The notes: generated by a model not told the origin, from the sequence alone. A stretch of 64,000 bases of DNA from an uncultured Acidimicrobiales bacterium (GCA_937941245.1 CALDYC010000019.1:4708-68707); one strand, 5' to 3'; positions 19,316 through 29,885 are shown, counted from the first letter of the stretch. Translations and numbers: made by a program.

Positions 19316-21123
19316 TCGTCTTCGATGATTTCAGCGTCAACAATGTCGTCATCAGATGATGCGGCGTCGCCAGTGTCAGCCGGCTCATTCGCAGCAGCCT
19401 CATACAGGCGCTGGCTGAACTGCTGACTTGCGTTCATCAGGGCTTCGGTTGCACCCTTGATGCCGTCGAGGTTGTCGCCATCGAGTTCAGTGCGCAGTGC
19501 GATCAGCTTCTCGTCGACGTTCGCCCGCTCTTCGTCGGTGATCTTGTCCGCGTGATCTTTGAGCAACTTTTCGGTTTGATAAATGAGCGTGTCCGCACCG
19601 TTGCGTGCTTCGGCCTGCTCTCGACGCTGGGTGTCTTCGTCGGCATGGGCTTCGGCGTCCTTGATCATCTGATCGATGGCGTCAGTGTCGAGGGACGACT
19701 GGCCAGTGATCGTGATCGACTGCTCTTTGCCCGTTGCGCGGTCCTTTGCAGACACATGCACGATGCCATGGGCATCGATGTCGAAGGTGACTTCGATCTG
19801 GGGTACCCCGCGAGGGGCGGGAGGCAGGTCAACGAGCTGGAACTTGCCGAGCGTTTTGTTGAACTGCGCCATCTCGCGTTCGCCCTGAAGCACATGGATT
19901 TCGACCGATGGTTGGCTGTCCTCGGCAGTCGTAAACACCTCGGACTTCTTCTTTGGGATCGTGGTGTTGCGTTCAATCAACGTCGTCATCACCCCACCCT
20001 TCGTCTCGATGCCGAGTGACAACGGGGTGACGTCAAGCAGAAGCACGTCGGTGACTTCGCCACGAAGCACACCAGCCTGCACCGCAGCACCAATCGCGAC
20101 GACCTCGTCTGGGTTCACACCTTTGTGCGGTTCGTTACCCGTGAGTTCCATGACCAGTTCAGATACCGCAGGCATGCGGGTCGAGCCGCCGACCAGGATC
20201 ACGTGCTCGACATCACCCTTCGTCAGGCCAGCGTCTTTGATAGCGCTCTCGAACGGCCCACGGCAGCGATCCAACAGATCTGAGGTCATGTCCTGGAAAC
20301 GGGCCCGGCTAAGCGAGTAGTCGAGGTGCAGCGGACCAGCGTCGGTTGCGGTGATGAACGGCAGGTTGATCTGCGTGTCCTGTTTGACCGACAGGTCGAC
20401 CTTGGCAGTTTCGGCAGCTTCCTTTAGACGCTGCATAGCCATGCTGTCGGTACTGAGGTCAACTCCCTGTTCGCTCTTGAAGGAGCTGACGAGCCAGTCG
20501 ATGACCGCTTGGTCCCAGTCGTCGCCTCCGAGCTTGGTGTCGCCACTTGTGGACTTGACCTCAAAAACACCATCGCCGATCTCGAGCACCGACACATCAA
20601 AGGTGCCGCCACCGAGGTCGAATACGAGCACCGTCTGGTCTTCGTCCTTGTCAAGGCCGTAGGCGAGAGCAGCTGCGGTTGGTTCGTTGATAATGCGCAG
20701 AACTTCGAGACCAGCGATCTGGCCAGCTTCTTTCGTGGCGGTGCGCTGAGCGTCGTCGAAGTATGCAGGAACGGTGACAACAGCCTGAGTTACGGATTCG
20801 CCGAGATACGCCTCGGCGTCGCGCTTGAGCTTTTGCAACGTGCGCGCCGAGATCTCTTGAGCGGTGTAGTCCTTGCCGTCGATGTCAATCGTCCAGCTCG
20901 TACCCATATGGCGCTTGACCGAACGCAAGGTGCGCTCGGGGTTCGTGATTGCTTGACGCTTGGCGACTTCACCAACCAGAACTTCGCCGCTCTTTGCGAA
21001 TGCGACGACCGATGGGGTGGTGCGTGCCCCTTCGGCGTTGGCGATGACGACGGGGTCGCCACCTTCGAGGACCGAGACCACTGAGTTGGTGGTTCCGAGG
21101 TCAATACCTACTGCTTTACCCAT
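19312..21123 (-). CDS. dnaK: Chaperone DnaK (Hsp70)
   Basis: Start at [16 protein letters not shown] (ATG 21123). Also [10 protein letters not shown] and [13 protein letters not shown]. The 31 codons upstream in the track ORF are not Hsp70-like. Confidence 0.97.
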   Translation of the reverse strand: MGKAVGIDLGTTNSVVSVLEGGDPVVIANAEGARTTPSVVAFAKSGEVLVGEVAKRQAITNPERTLRSVKRHMGTSWTIDIDGKDYTAQEISARTLQKLKRDAEAYLGESVTQAVVTVPAYFDDAQRTATKEAGQIAGLEVLRIINEPTAAALAYGLDKDEDQTVLVFDLGGGTFDVSVLEIGDGVFEVKSTSGDTKLGGDDWDQAVIDWLVSSFKSEQGVDLSTDSMAMQRLKEAAETAKVDLSVKQDTQINLPFITATDAGPLHLDYSLSRARFQDMTSDLLDRCRGPFESAIKDAGLTKGDVEHVILVGGSTRMPAVSELVMELTGNEPHKGVNPDEVVAIGAAVQAGVLRGEVTDVLLLDVTPLSLGIETKGGVMTTLIERNTTIPKKKSEVFTTAEDSQPSVEIHVLQGEREMAQFNKTLGKFQLVDLPPAPRGVPQIEVTFDIDAHGIVHVSAKDRATGKEQSITITGQSSLDTDAIDQMIKDAEAHADEDTQRREQAEARNGADTLIYQTEKLLKDHADKITDEERANVDEKLIALRTELDGDNLDGIKGATEALMNASQQFSQRLYEAAANEPADTGDAASSDDDIVDAEIIEDE

Positions 21124-21355
21124 GAGTACTGCTTCTCCGTTGTCACTGGGTCGGGGGGAAGAACATGTCACAGCCCTGCTGCACAGCGGCAGACAGTACG
21201 TGACACACCCATCCAACCCACTCCCCTAACGGAAGATTCCAGAAAAGTTGACAAAACCAATTGAGGGGCCAACAACGAGGGGTTTGCGGCCAGACCCCCG
21301 AATCACCAAGCTCGAACTGCGATCTGGGTGTCAACAACCGCTAACGTTCGCCACG

Positions 21356-23875
21356 ATGGCAACGCAGGTAGCAGAAGAAGTATCCGAGACCGCCAAGAGC
21401 GGCTCTCGAGTGCGGCCGAACCACTTGATCATCGCCTTTTGGGGCCTGATCGCGTTGGTGACCGCAGTGTCAGGCATCGCCGCGTCGGTGTTCGAATTTC
21501 ACCACGAAGATGGCGCCATAACGCGCGAGGTGTTCGGCAACATTCCCGGCCCGGTCAAGGCGATGTTCTACACCATCGTGCCGGTGCTGTTGATCTACGT
21601 CGGTTTCCAACTGTCGTTCCGAGTGAAGAACTGGCAGCGGGGAGCACCCGAAAATCGCCGTACGAACTCGAAGAACATCAAACAGCGCCTCGGAGATATG
21701 CGCGCTGGTCTGTACATGCAGACCCTCATGCGTGATCCGGTCGCCGGAATCATGCACTCGATGATTTATTTCGGCTTCCTCATTCTGATGGCTGTCACCA
21801 CAACGCTCGAGATAGATCATCAGCTTCCGGAATCACTCAAGTTCCTCAAAGGCGGGGTCTACAAGGGGTACTCGCTTGTCGGTGATGCCGCTGGTCTGAT
21901 GTTCATCGTTGGTCTGGTGTGGGCAGGTTTGCGTCGGTATGGCCCTCGCTCAATGCGCCCGTACCGCATCAGCATCAAGAACAAACCAGAACACGCAGTC
22001 ATCCTGGGAACTCTGCTCGCGATTGGTGTGAGCGGTTTCGGTGCCGAAGCATTTCGTATTGCCGAGACCGGCAATCCGAGCTTTGAGAAATGGTCCTTCA
22101 TTGGCTGGCCACTGGCACAAGCCGTGGACGGCATGGGCAATCTGTCCGGCTGGCACCAGGCATGGTGGATTGCCCACGTCGTATCGTTCGCGATCTTCCT
22201 GCTAATCCTGCCGACCACGATGTTGCGCCACATCGTCACCTCGCCAGCAAATATGTATCTCAAGGACCGTGAACGTCCAAAGGGTGCCATGAAGCCCATG
22301 GCCAACCTGATGGAGACCGAGCTCGAATCGTTCGGCGCCGCGACCATCGAAGATTTCACGTGGAAGCAACTCATGGACACCGACTCGTGCACCATGTGCG
22401 GCCGATGCACCGACGTGTGCCCAGCGCACGCAACTGGCAAATCACTTGACCCACGCGAGATCGTTCTCAAAACGGGCGAAGTCATGGCACGCTCTGGCAC
22501 GCCGGTCGTAACGCCGCCAATTGGCGTCGACAAAGAGATCGCCGTCGCAAACCAGCCGGGCAACATCCTCGTTGAGCCAAACTCTGTCTTTGATCGCATC
22601 ACCAGCGACGAAATTTGGGCATGCACAACCTGCAAGGCTTGCGACGAGAACTGCCCAGTGAACATCGAGATCCTCGACAAGATCCTCGACATGCGCCGTT
22701 ACCTGTCGCTCATGGAATCCGACTTCCCATCAGAACTTGGCAACGCGTACCGCGCGATGGAAAACCAAGGCAACCCATGGGGTATGGGCCAGGCCGAACG
22801 TGCCGACTGGGCCCAAGAATTCGAGGGCCTCGAAGTACTCGAGGGCGGCGACCCCATGCAGGCAGAATTCCTGTACTGGGTCGGCTGCGCAGGTAGCTTC
22901 GACGACAAGAACAAGAAGGTCTCACAAGCTTTCTCCAAATTGATGATGCGGGCCAATGTGAGCTTCGCGATCCTCGGCCCGAGCGAGATGTGCACCGGTG
23001 ACCCGGCCCGACGCAGCGGCAACGAGTACATCTTCCAAATGCTCGCAATGCAGAACATCGAAACGCTGAACACGATGGGCGTCAAGAAGATCGTCACCCA
23101 GTGCCCACACTGCTTCAATACGCTCGCCAACGAATACCCGCAGCTCGGCGGTCACTACGAAGTCGTGCACCACTCACAATTGCTCGAGATTCTCATCGAC
23201 GAAGGCAAGCTCGATGTCTCTGACGCCCGGCTTGAAGACCGACTCGTCTACCACGACTCGTGCTACCTCGGTCGCCACAACGACGTTTACCTATCGCCTC
23301 GCAATGTCGTTGGTTCGATCGGCGGCATCGAAGTCGTCGAAGCTGGCCGCAACGGCACCAAAGGCATGTGCTGCGGCGCTGGTGGTTCACGTATGTGGAT
23401 GGAAGAGCACGTCGGCAAACAGATCAACGTCGAACGTTCACAAGAACTGCTCGCAACCGGCGCTACCCGCATCGCTACAGCCTGCCCATTCTGCTACGTC
23501 ATGATTGACGACGGCGTCAAGGGCGAGGGCGTCGAAGAGGACGACGTCATGGTGGCCGATATCTCCATGCACCTACTCGAAGCAATCGAACAAGGCGAGG
23601 CCGATGCCAACGACGCCCGTGTTGGCGAGATGATGGTGCCAATGAGCGAGCGGGTCACCGCCGACATCATTGAGCCACCACTGGGGTACGGCATGCACGG
23701 CGACCTTGACCAAAACGGCATCGTCGACTCGCAACAGCTCGGCCCAATTGCTGGGCTTGTTGCCTCGGCCGGCGGCGCGAGTGCCGCTGCAGCAGACGGC
23801 CCGGTTGGTGATGACGCCGCAGGTAGCGACACCAACGATGTCGCCGCTGAAACTGCTGCAGACCGCGACGACTAG
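21356..23875 (+). CDS. Membrane-bound Fe-S oxidoreductase (NarI-like TM domain + 2x[4Fe-4S] + two CCG domains; Rv0338c-like)
   Basis: Polytopic N-terminal domain. Ferredoxin motifs CTMCGRCTDVCP and CTTCKACDENCP. CCG-type motifs YWVGCAGSFD and YHDSCYLGRHN...MCCGAGG. Acidic C-terminal tail. Start chosen at ATG 21356. Confidence 0.8.
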   Translation: MATQVAEEVSETAKSGSRVRPNHLIIAFWGLIALVTAVSGIAASVFEFHHEDGAITREVFGNIPGPVKAMFYTIVPVLLIYVGFQLSFRVKNWQRGAPENRRTNSKNIKQRLGDMRAGLYMQTLMRDPVAGIMHSMIYFGFLILMAVTTTLEIDHQLPESLKFLKGGVYKGYSLVGDAAGLMFIVGLVWAGLRRYGPRSMRPYRISIKNKPEHAVILGTLLAIGVSGFGAEAFRIAETGNPSFEKWSFIGWPLAQAVDGMGNLSGWHQAWWIAHVVSFAIFLLILPTTMLRHIVTSPANMYLKDRERPKGAMKPMANLMETELESFGAATIEDFTWKQLMDTDSCTMCGRCTDVCPAHATGKSLDPREIVLKTGEVMARSGTPVVTPPIGVDKEIAVANQPGNILVEPNSVFDRITSDEIWACTTCKACDENCPVNIEILDKILDMRRYLSLMESDFPSELGNAYRAMENQGNPWGMGQAERADWAQEFEGLEVLEGGDPMQAEFLYWVGCAGSFDDKNKKVSQAFSKLMMRANVSFAILGPSEMCTGDPARRSGNEYIFQMLAMQNIETLNTMGVKKIVTQCPHCFNTLANEYPQLGGHYEVVHHSQLLEILIDEGKLDVSDARLEDRLVYHDSCYLGRHNDVYLSPRNVVGSIGGIEVVEAGRNGTKGMCCGAGGSRMWMEEHVGKQINVERSQELLATGATRIATACPFCYVMIDDGVKGEGVEEDDVMVADISMHLLEAIEQGEADANDARVGEMMVPMSERVTADIIEPPLGYGMHGDLDQNGIVDSQQLGPIAGLVASAGGASAAAADGPVGDDAAGSDTNDVAAETAADRDD

Positions 23876-24376
23876 TTAGCTTGTCGTCGACGGATCTTCG
23901 TCGATCGACGACGTCGTCACCGATGCATTGATGTCACCGGTGTTGACCTGACCGCTACTTCCCTGATCAGTACTTTCTCGACCGTTGGGACGGCCGGTTT
24001 CGGTCGCCTCAGACGCCGCTTGTGCAGCGGTCGACGCAGTTGCAGCAGCAGCTGCTTGGGACCCTGCCTCGGCCGCGACGTCAGGTGACGTGGCTTCGGC
24101 AGATGCGGGCCGTGGCGGTTTCATAGCTGCGTCTCGAACCAGCTTCTGTGGTGTCGTGTTCAGCGCACGGTTGGCCTTTTTGATCGCCTGATCGGCCTTG
24201 TCAATACCAGTGGCTTCGATCATTGACTGCTTGGTCTCAGCTAGCTGACGTTGAGTGTTGTCAATCTCGACCTTGGCCCGGCCCAAATTGCGAGCTGCCT
24301 TTGGAAGCCAGTTGGCGCCAAAGACCAGAACAAGCACTGCCAGCACAATCAACATCTCTGGGCCACCGAGGTTCAT
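23876..24376 (-). CDS. tatA: Twin-arginine translocase subunit, TatA/TatB family, with a long low-complexity tail
   Basis: N-terminus MNLGGPEMLIVLAVLVLVFGANWLPKAARNLGRA (TM plus amphipathic helix). The stop codon directly abuts the stop of the convergent 21356..23875 gene. Confidence 0.7.
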   Translation of the reverse strand: MNLGGPEMLIVLAVLVLVFGANWLPKAARNLGRAKVEIDNTQRQLAETKQSMIEATGIDKADQAIKKANRALNTTPQKLVRDAAMKPPRPASAEATSPDVAAEAGSQAAAAATASTAAQAASEATETGRPNGRESTDQGSSGQVNTGDINASVTTSSIDEDPSTTS

Positions 24377-24478
24377 GCCCGCGGAGTGTAGGCCGCAGCT
24401 ACGGCACCGCTCATTGCTGGAGCTTTGGACTGGGAAACCACCCGCTCTGCAATCGCAGATGCGGAACGACCGCGTTCG

Positions 24479-26554
24479 TTATCCGATGGTTCCCGTTCGA
24501 GTCAACGTTCCGACCATCGCTGGTGACCCATTGTCAGTGGCAATGACCTCGATTTCCCATGTCGTTCCATCCGGCAACTGAGGTCCTATTCCTTCAATCG
24601 ACCAAACGTTTCCGTTCGACGGGTCGACCACAGCGACCAACTGATCGAAGCGATCGAGCACATCGATCACCTCGACGGTGAATTGATCGCCGTCTGGATC
24701 AGAGATAAACACACCAAACGCAAACGGAAACTGACTAAACCCGCCCGGTGACACGAGCTCAGGCGCACGATTCGTAGGGGTCGCAGTTGGCGTCGCAGTC
24801 GGGGTCGCAGTCGCAGTCGGCGTCGCAGTCGCAGTCGGCGTCGCAGTCGGGGTCACCGGCGTCGCAGTTGCAGTCGCAGTCGCCGTTGGCGTCACGGGCG
24901 TCGCCGTCGCAGTCGGCGTCACCGGCGTCGCAGTCGCAGCAGCAGTCGGCGTCGCAGTCGCAGCAGCAGTCGGCGTCGCAGTCGCATTCGCCGTCGGGGT
25001 CGCAGCAGCAGTCGGCGTCGCAGAAGACGAAGGCGCCGGTGTGCCATCGTCGGTCGGGGTCGATGGTCCAACAGCGACGGTTGGTGTCGAGGTCGCCGAC
25101 CCAGGCACGGTTGTGACGCTCTGGTCTGCTACCAGCAGCTCCTGATCTGTCACTGGCGGTCCGGGTGGTTCACCTGAAACGTTGGACGGTGTCACGTCGT
25201 CAACCGCTGCTGAAGTCGATCCATCACCCTCGGGGGTCGCCGCTGGCGTCGGGGTACGCAGCGGTTGGATCTGGCTCGGTGCGCTATCCAACGCTCCCCC
25301 ACGCTCAGGCAACTGGCGAATCGAACGGCCAGACTCGAACTCCCCGATCTCTGTCGGGGGCACCACGATGGTCGGACTTGGCTCGACCGGATTGTCTGGC
25401 GCAACCGTCACCACATTTTCAGGATCTGGTTCTGCATTCGCAAAAGGAGGCGTCGCAACAGACAATGCGAGTGCACTCGCGACAATGACCCCCGAAGCAA
25501 TCAGACTCGGGGCAGAGCCAACCACCGGGGACACACTCCGAGAGCCAAGTGCGTGGCCAAAGTTCCCGAGCCAAGCCAACCCTCCGGCCGCTCGACGAAC
25601 CCGCCCGATGCTGACGTTCAAGAAAGCCCGAACCAACCGCTGATCAAACTGACTACCCGCACACGCCACCAATTCAGCGCGAGCCGCCGAAGGCACCATC
25701 GCCTTCTTGTAGGCGCGTACCGACACCATCGTGTCGAACGAATCGGCGATCGTCACGATTCGAGCGCCGACATGAATATTCTCGCCGTGCACACCGGCCG
25801 GGTACCCATTCCCATCCCAGCGTTCGTGATGCTGCCAAGCTGCGGCTCCCCACCCGTCGAGCCAATCAACGAGCGGACCGAGGTAAGCCTTCGATGCTGC
25901 CGGGTGCCCGGCGAGAATCTTCCACTCGTCGTCGTCGGGACGACCCGGCTTGTTCAAGATGTCAGGTGGGACATCGAGTTTGCCCACGTCATGGAGCAGC
26001 GCGGCCCACCGCAATCTCCCCATTTCGTAATCGTCCAGGCCGATCTCTTCGCCGATCAACTCGCTGTAGGCCCGAACACGCTCGCAGTGGCCACGGGTGG
26101 TCCGGTCATGTCTCGTGATCGCCGCTGCAAGGTCGAACAACAGCGCCGTCCGCTGTTCGGCGGACGTGTCCGCATCGTTCGAATCCAGTGCATACACCCG
26201 CTTCTCAAGGGCTCGGGCACTACCTCTTCTCAAGGCTGCCTTGTATCGCGCTGGTGCCTTGTCAGGGAACACCATCGACATCCGCAGAAGTGCAACGACC
26301 GGCAACGCTCGACGCATCAGGCGGTCGACCAACACGATCGTCGCCGAACCGAGCGCTATCGCGAGCAGCCACCACAGCCACACGCTGATTTCGAGTCGTT
26401 CTGGTGGCAGTGAGATCGAAAACCACCGCACCGCAAAGTAGGACACCACGATCGGCAGGGCCCAGATGATGATTCGCAGCACGCGAGCCGCCCATACTCG
26501 TTCAACCCAATGAGCCTGCGGCGTATCGCCGTAGCTCTGAATCGGCTTTGACAC
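24479..26554 (-). CDS. Membrane HD-GYP-domain protein (putative c-di-GMP phosphodiesterase) with a C-terminal extracytoplasmic PT-linker and Ig/cadherin-like domain
   Basis: Two N-terminal TMs. HD-GYP core: HCERVRAY...ALLHDVGK...HHERWDGNGYP...IADSFD. A third TM (LIASGVIVASALALSVA) is followed by about 300 aa that include (T/A/P)n repeats and a C-terminal beta-rich domain (FISDPDGDQFTVEVI...IEVIATDNGSP). Confidence 0.8.
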   Translation of the reverse strand: MSKPIQSYGDTPQAHWVERVWAARVLRIIIWALPIVVSYFAVRWFSISLPPERLEISVWLWWLLAIALGSATIVLVDRLMRRALPVVALLRMSMVFPDKAPARYKAALRRGSARALEKRVYALDSNDADTSAEQRTALLFDLAAAITRHDRTTRGHCERVRAYSELIGEEIGLDDYEMGRLRWAALLHDVGKLDVPPDILNKPGRPDDDEWKILAGHPAASKAYLGPLVDWLDGWGAAAWQHHERWDGNGYPAGVHGENIHVGARIVTIADSFDTMVSVRAYKKAMVPSAARAELVACAGSQFDQRLVRAFLNVSIGRVRRAAGGLAWLGNFGHALGSRSVSPVVGSAPSLIASGVIVASALALSVATPPFANAEPDPENVVTVAPDNPVEPSPTIVVPPTEIGEFESGRSIRQLPERGGALDSAPSQIQPLRTPTPAATPEGDGSTSAAVDDVTPSNVSGEPPGPPVTDQELLVADQSVTTVPGSATSTPTVAVGPSTPTDDGTPAPSSSATPTAAATPTANATATPTAAATATPTAAATATPVTPTATATPVTPTATATATATPVTPTATPTATATPTATATPTATPTATPTNRAPELVSPGGFSQFPFAFGVFISDPDGDQFTVEVIDVLDRFDQLVAVVDPSNGNVWSIEGIGPQLPDGTTWEIEVIATDNGSPAMVGTLTRTGTIG
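24781..25030 (-). repeat. Degenerate short tandem repeats (gtcgcagtcg[gc]c type) encoding the Pro/Thr/Ala linker
   Basis: Visible periodic repetition of gtcgcagtcgca/gtcggcgtc units. The translation is ATPTAAATPTANATATPTAAATATP... Confidence 0.85.
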
Positions 26555-26628
26555 GACGGGAAACGCTACCGATCCGCAGCCCGCTCGCGGACAGGTCTAG
26601 CGATGCATTTGCGCGAAAAGTCGAGTTT

Positions 26629-27189
26629 CTATCCGAAGTTCTCAAAATAGCGGCTAGCTACCGGCCCTGACTGGTCCTGATACTTGGATCCGACCTGCGT
26701 CGAACCATAGGGTTGATCGGCAGCGGTGGTCATCTGCATGAAGCTAATTTGCCCGATCTTCATATGCGGATAGAGCGTGATCGGCAAGCTGGCAACGTTC
26801 GACAGTTCAAGGGTGAGCTGGCCATTCCAACCTGCGTCGACAAACCCAGCGGTTGAGTGAATCAACAACCCGAGTCGACCCAAGCTGCTCTTTCCCTCGA
26901 TACGGGCAACCAGGTCGTTCGGCACTCTGACGGTTTCGAGCGTTGACCCGAGTACGAATTCTCCGGGATGCAAAATGAACGGCTCATCACCGATCTCGAC
27001 CAACTCCGTCAAGTCGTTGAGGTCTTCCTTGACGTCGATAACTGCTCGGGTGTGATTTCGGAAGATCCGAAACTGTGACGCTAGACGAAGGTCAATCGAT
27101 GATGGCTGGATCGCGTTGTCACCAAGCGGGTCGACACCAATCGTTCCAGCGGCGAGTGCTTCTCGCAGGGACCGGTCACTCAACATCAT
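26629..27189 (-). CDS. dcd: dCTP deaminase
   Basis: Start at MMLSDRSL (ATG 27189). IQPSSIDLRL, GKSSLGRLGL and the ELSN motif are present. The ATG overlaps the tdk stop (ATGA). Confidence 0.9.
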   Translation of the reverse strand: MMLSDRSLREALAAGTIGVDPLGDNAIQPSSIDLRLASQFRIFRNHTRAVIDVKEDLNDLTELVEIGDEPFILHPGEFVLGSTLETVRVPNDLVARIEGKSSLGRLGLLIHSTAGFVDAGWNGQLTLELSNVASLPITLYPHMKIGQISFMQMTTAADQPYGSTQVGSKYQDQSGPVASRYFENFG

Positions 27190-27887
27190 GTACGCACCTC
27201 TGCGTCGGACTGAATCGGGGTATTGATCATGGGGCGACGCGACGCCGGTTCCACAGGTAGGGCCAGTTGGTGGCCCTCGTGTTCCCATTTGGCCTGGTGC
27301 CAGTGAAATCGACAACGCAGTTCGTAGACCACGTCCGCATCGGACCGATCACCAGTGTCGCCAACCACCATGAGTGCACCTGCATAGACCTGACGACCAT
27401 CGACAAGACGTGCGTTGTGCGTTGCGCGTCGCCCGCAAAAACATCGGGCTTCGACCTGCAGCTCGCTTCGCTCATCGGCAAGTTCAAGCAATCGTTGGCT
27501 TCCGGGAAAGAGCTCACCCTGAAAGCTCGTCAACAACCCAAACGCGAACACATCAACCTCAAGCAGGTCAACAACCCGGGCAAGCTGTTCAATCTGTTCC
27601 GGCGAATAGAACTGCGCTTCGTCACAAACGATGGCATCGAGACCGGCTCGAGTGCGGCGCTGCGATGCCAACACAAACAAGTCCGAGGACGCAGTAATGA
27701 TCTCGGCCTCAGCAGAGACCCCAAGACGACTCGACACCCGCCCCGCCTGACGATCAAGCTGGGTAGTTAACAGCACGTGCAGGCCACGGCTCGTGAGATT
27801 GTGACGAATTTGCAGCGCCTGAGTCGACTTGCCTGAGCCCATCGTTCCGAAGAAGAACTTGAGCGTTGCCTGCGAAAGTGATGTCAT
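27186..27887 (-). CDS. tdk: Thymidine kinase
   Basis: Start at MTSLSQATLKFFFGTMGSGKST (P-loop). Also VCDEAQF and the zinc-site cysteines CFCGRRA...CRFHW. The upstream 120 codons of the track ORF overlap the galE promoter and coding region. Confidence 0.85.
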   Translation of the reverse strand: MTSLSQATLKFFFGTMGSGKSTQALQIRHNLTSRGLHVLLTTQLDRQAGRVSSRLGVSAEAEIITASSDLFVLASQRRTRAGLDAIVCDEAQFYSPEQIEQLARVVDLLEVDVFAFGLLTSFQGELFPGSQRLLELADERSELQVEARCFCGRRATHNARLVDGRQVYAGALMVVGDTGDRSDADVVYELRCRFHWHQAKWEHEGHQLALPVEPASRRPMINTPIQSDAEVRT

Positions 27888-27987
27888 CGATGCACCAGAA
27901 GAAAGACCTGACGATCCGGGTGCGTGATCCCTGGGAGCACCCAGCACCGGCGAACAGAAGCACCCTACGCGGTTAGGCTCGGCGGTC

Positions 27988-29016
27988 GTGCATACCCAGA
28001 CCGTTGCGCTGACCGGAGCGACCGGATACATCGCCAGCCACGTGGTCGTGGCACTCGCGGAGCAGGGATACAACCTTGTCGGCTTCGACAACTTGTCGAA
28101 CAGCTCCGCTGCAGTCGTCGAACGGCTGGAACAACTGATCGACGGACCATTCGCGTTCCACAAGGTGGACATACGCGACACCGCGACCATTGCCGAAGCG
28201 TTGCAACAACACCAGGTCGATGCCGTGATCCATCTGGCCGGTCTCAAAGCCGTCGGCGAATCGGTCGATGACCCATTGCGCTATTACGACAACAACGTGG
28301 CTGGCTCACTGAGTCTGTTGACGGCCATGCGCGACGCATGCGTCAACCAGCTGGTGTTCTCGTCCTCAGCCACCGTCTATGACCCCGACCAACCAAGTCC
28401 ACTGACCGAAACAAGTCAGCTCGGGCCGATCAATCCCTATGGCCGAACCAAGTACGTGGTTGAACGCCTGATCGACGACGTGGCGGCCACCTCTGATCTC
28501 CGCGCAATCAACCTGCGGTACTTCAACCCCGTAGGGGCCCACCCCTCGGGACTCATCGGTGAGGACCCCGTCGGCACGCCAAACAATCTGATGCCTTTCA
28601 TCATGCAGGTCGCATCGGGCCAACGAGACGAGCTCTCGATCTTCGGTAACGACTACGACACGCCGGATGGCACCTGCATCCGCGACTACATCCACGTCAC
28701 CGATCTCGCCAACGGCCATGTCGCCGCACTCAATGCCCTTGCGACCGTCACAACAAGCGAAGCAATCAACTTAGGCACCGGCACCGGCACCTCGGTACTC
28801 GATGTCCTTAGGGCCGCCGAACAGGCCGTCGACCGTCCGATTCCCACCCGAGTCGTGGAGCGTCGAGCCGGTGATGGAGCGGTCAGCTTCGCTGATCCTG
28901 CATTGGCGGCAGATCGGCTGAACTGGCAGGCTGACCTCACCGTCGCCCAGGCCTGTGTTGACCACTGGCGATGGCAACGACAAAATCCCACCGGCTACCC
29001 AGACCTTTCGGGCTAG
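27988..29016 (+). CDS. galE: UDP-glucose 4-epimerase
   Basis: LTGATGYIASH Rossmann fold, YGRTK (YxxxK), DYIHVTDLA. Confidence 0.9.
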   Translation: MHTQTVALTGATGYIASHVVVALAEQGYNLVGFDNLSNSSAAVVERLEQLIDGPFAFHKVDIRDTATIAEALQQHQVDAVIHLAGLKAVGESVDDPLRYYDNNVAGSLSLLTAMRDACVNQLVFSSSATVYDPDQPSPLTETSQLGPINPYGRTKYVVERLIDDVAATSDLRAINLRYFNPVGAHPSGLIGEDPVGTPNNLMPFIMQVASGQRDELSIFGNDYDTPDGTCIRDYIHVTDLANGHVAALNALATVTTSEAINLGTGTGTSVLDVLRAAEQAVDRPIPTRVVERRAGDGAVSFADPALAADRLNWQADLTVAQACVDHWRWQRQNPTGYPDLSG

Positions 29017-29072
29017 CCAACCCACTCGACCTCGACAACCCATTTACCCAGCGTCTTTCCACAGGAGTTCTC

Positions 29073-29885
29073 ATGTCTGTTCGCATCGTCACCGACAGCG
29101 GCTGTGACCTTTCGCCCGAAGCTGCCGAAGCCCTCGGTATCACTGTCGTACCACTGAGCATTCGGTTTGGATCCACCGAATACACCGACCGAGTCGACCT
29201 GACTCCGGAACAGTTCTATGCCGAGATGGAAACCCAGGACGAGCTTCCCGAGACCGCTGCTCCAGCACCCGGCGCCTTCGCAGCGGCATTTGACCAACTG
29301 ATTGCTGAGGGAGCGACCGACATCGTTTGCGTGATGCTGTCCGAAGCGCTGTCAGCAACCGCTCAATCAGCGCGAACTGCAGCCAGCCAGGCCAAGGGTG
29401 CCAACGTGCACATCGTCGACTCCAAATCCGCAACCATCGGCCAGGGAACCCTCGTGATGGCAGCCGCATCAGCCGCCGCTGAAGGCAGCAGCGCCGCTGA
29501 CGTGATTGCCTTGACCGAGACACAGTCGACGAACACCCACGTATACGGGGTGCTCAATACCCTCGACAACCTCAAGAAGGGCGGCCGCATCGGCAATGCT
29601 CAGGCCCTGCTCGGAACCATGTTGTCCATCAAGCCGTGTATCGATCTCACCACCGGTGCAGTCGAAGAAGCAGGCAAGCAGCGAACACGCAAAAAGGCAC
29701 TTGCCTGGCTTGCCAGCGTGGTTCCAGACAACGCCACCAACCTCGCGATCGCTCACGGTCAAGCGAGTGACATTGATGACTTTCTCGCTCTGCTGGGCCA
29801 AACCCCCGATCGAGTCGACATCATTGGTCCGGTGGTAGGGACACACGGCGGCCCGGGCGTGATTGGACTGACCTTCACCGCGTAG
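29073..29885 (+). CDS. DegV-family fatty-acid-binding protein
   Basis: MSVRIVTDSGCDLSPE...VVPLSIRFG... is a typical DegV N-terminus. Start chosen at ATG 29073. Confidence 0.85.
   Translation: MSVRIVTDSGCDLSPEAAEALGITVVPLSIRFGSTEYTDRVDLTPEQFYAEMETQDELPETAAPAPGAFAAAFDQLIAEGATDIVCVMLSEALSATAQSARTAASQAKGANVHIVDSKSATIGQGTLVMAAASAAAEGSSAADVIALTETQSTNTHVYGVLNTLDNLKKGGRIGNAQALLGTMLSIKPCIDLTTGAVEEAGKQRTRKKALAWLASVVPDNATNLAIAHGQASDIDDFLALLGQTPDRVDIIGPVVGTHGGPGVIGLTFTA

Noticed and set aside
21124-21355. HAIR (CTTGAGT-N7-ACTCAAG) or CIRCE operator upstream of dnaK.
   Set aside because: Inspection of both strands by eye found only a lone TTGAG (about 21262) without an inverted partner, and no TTAGCACTC. 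I am not reporting an operator feature. A matrix scan is needed.
23873-23878. Convergent Fe-S reductase and tatA genes abut stop-to-stop (TAG then TTA) with zero spacer.
   Set aside because: The arrangement is real but probably just reflects compact genome organisation. No structure or additional element is visible, so I did not raise it to a finding.
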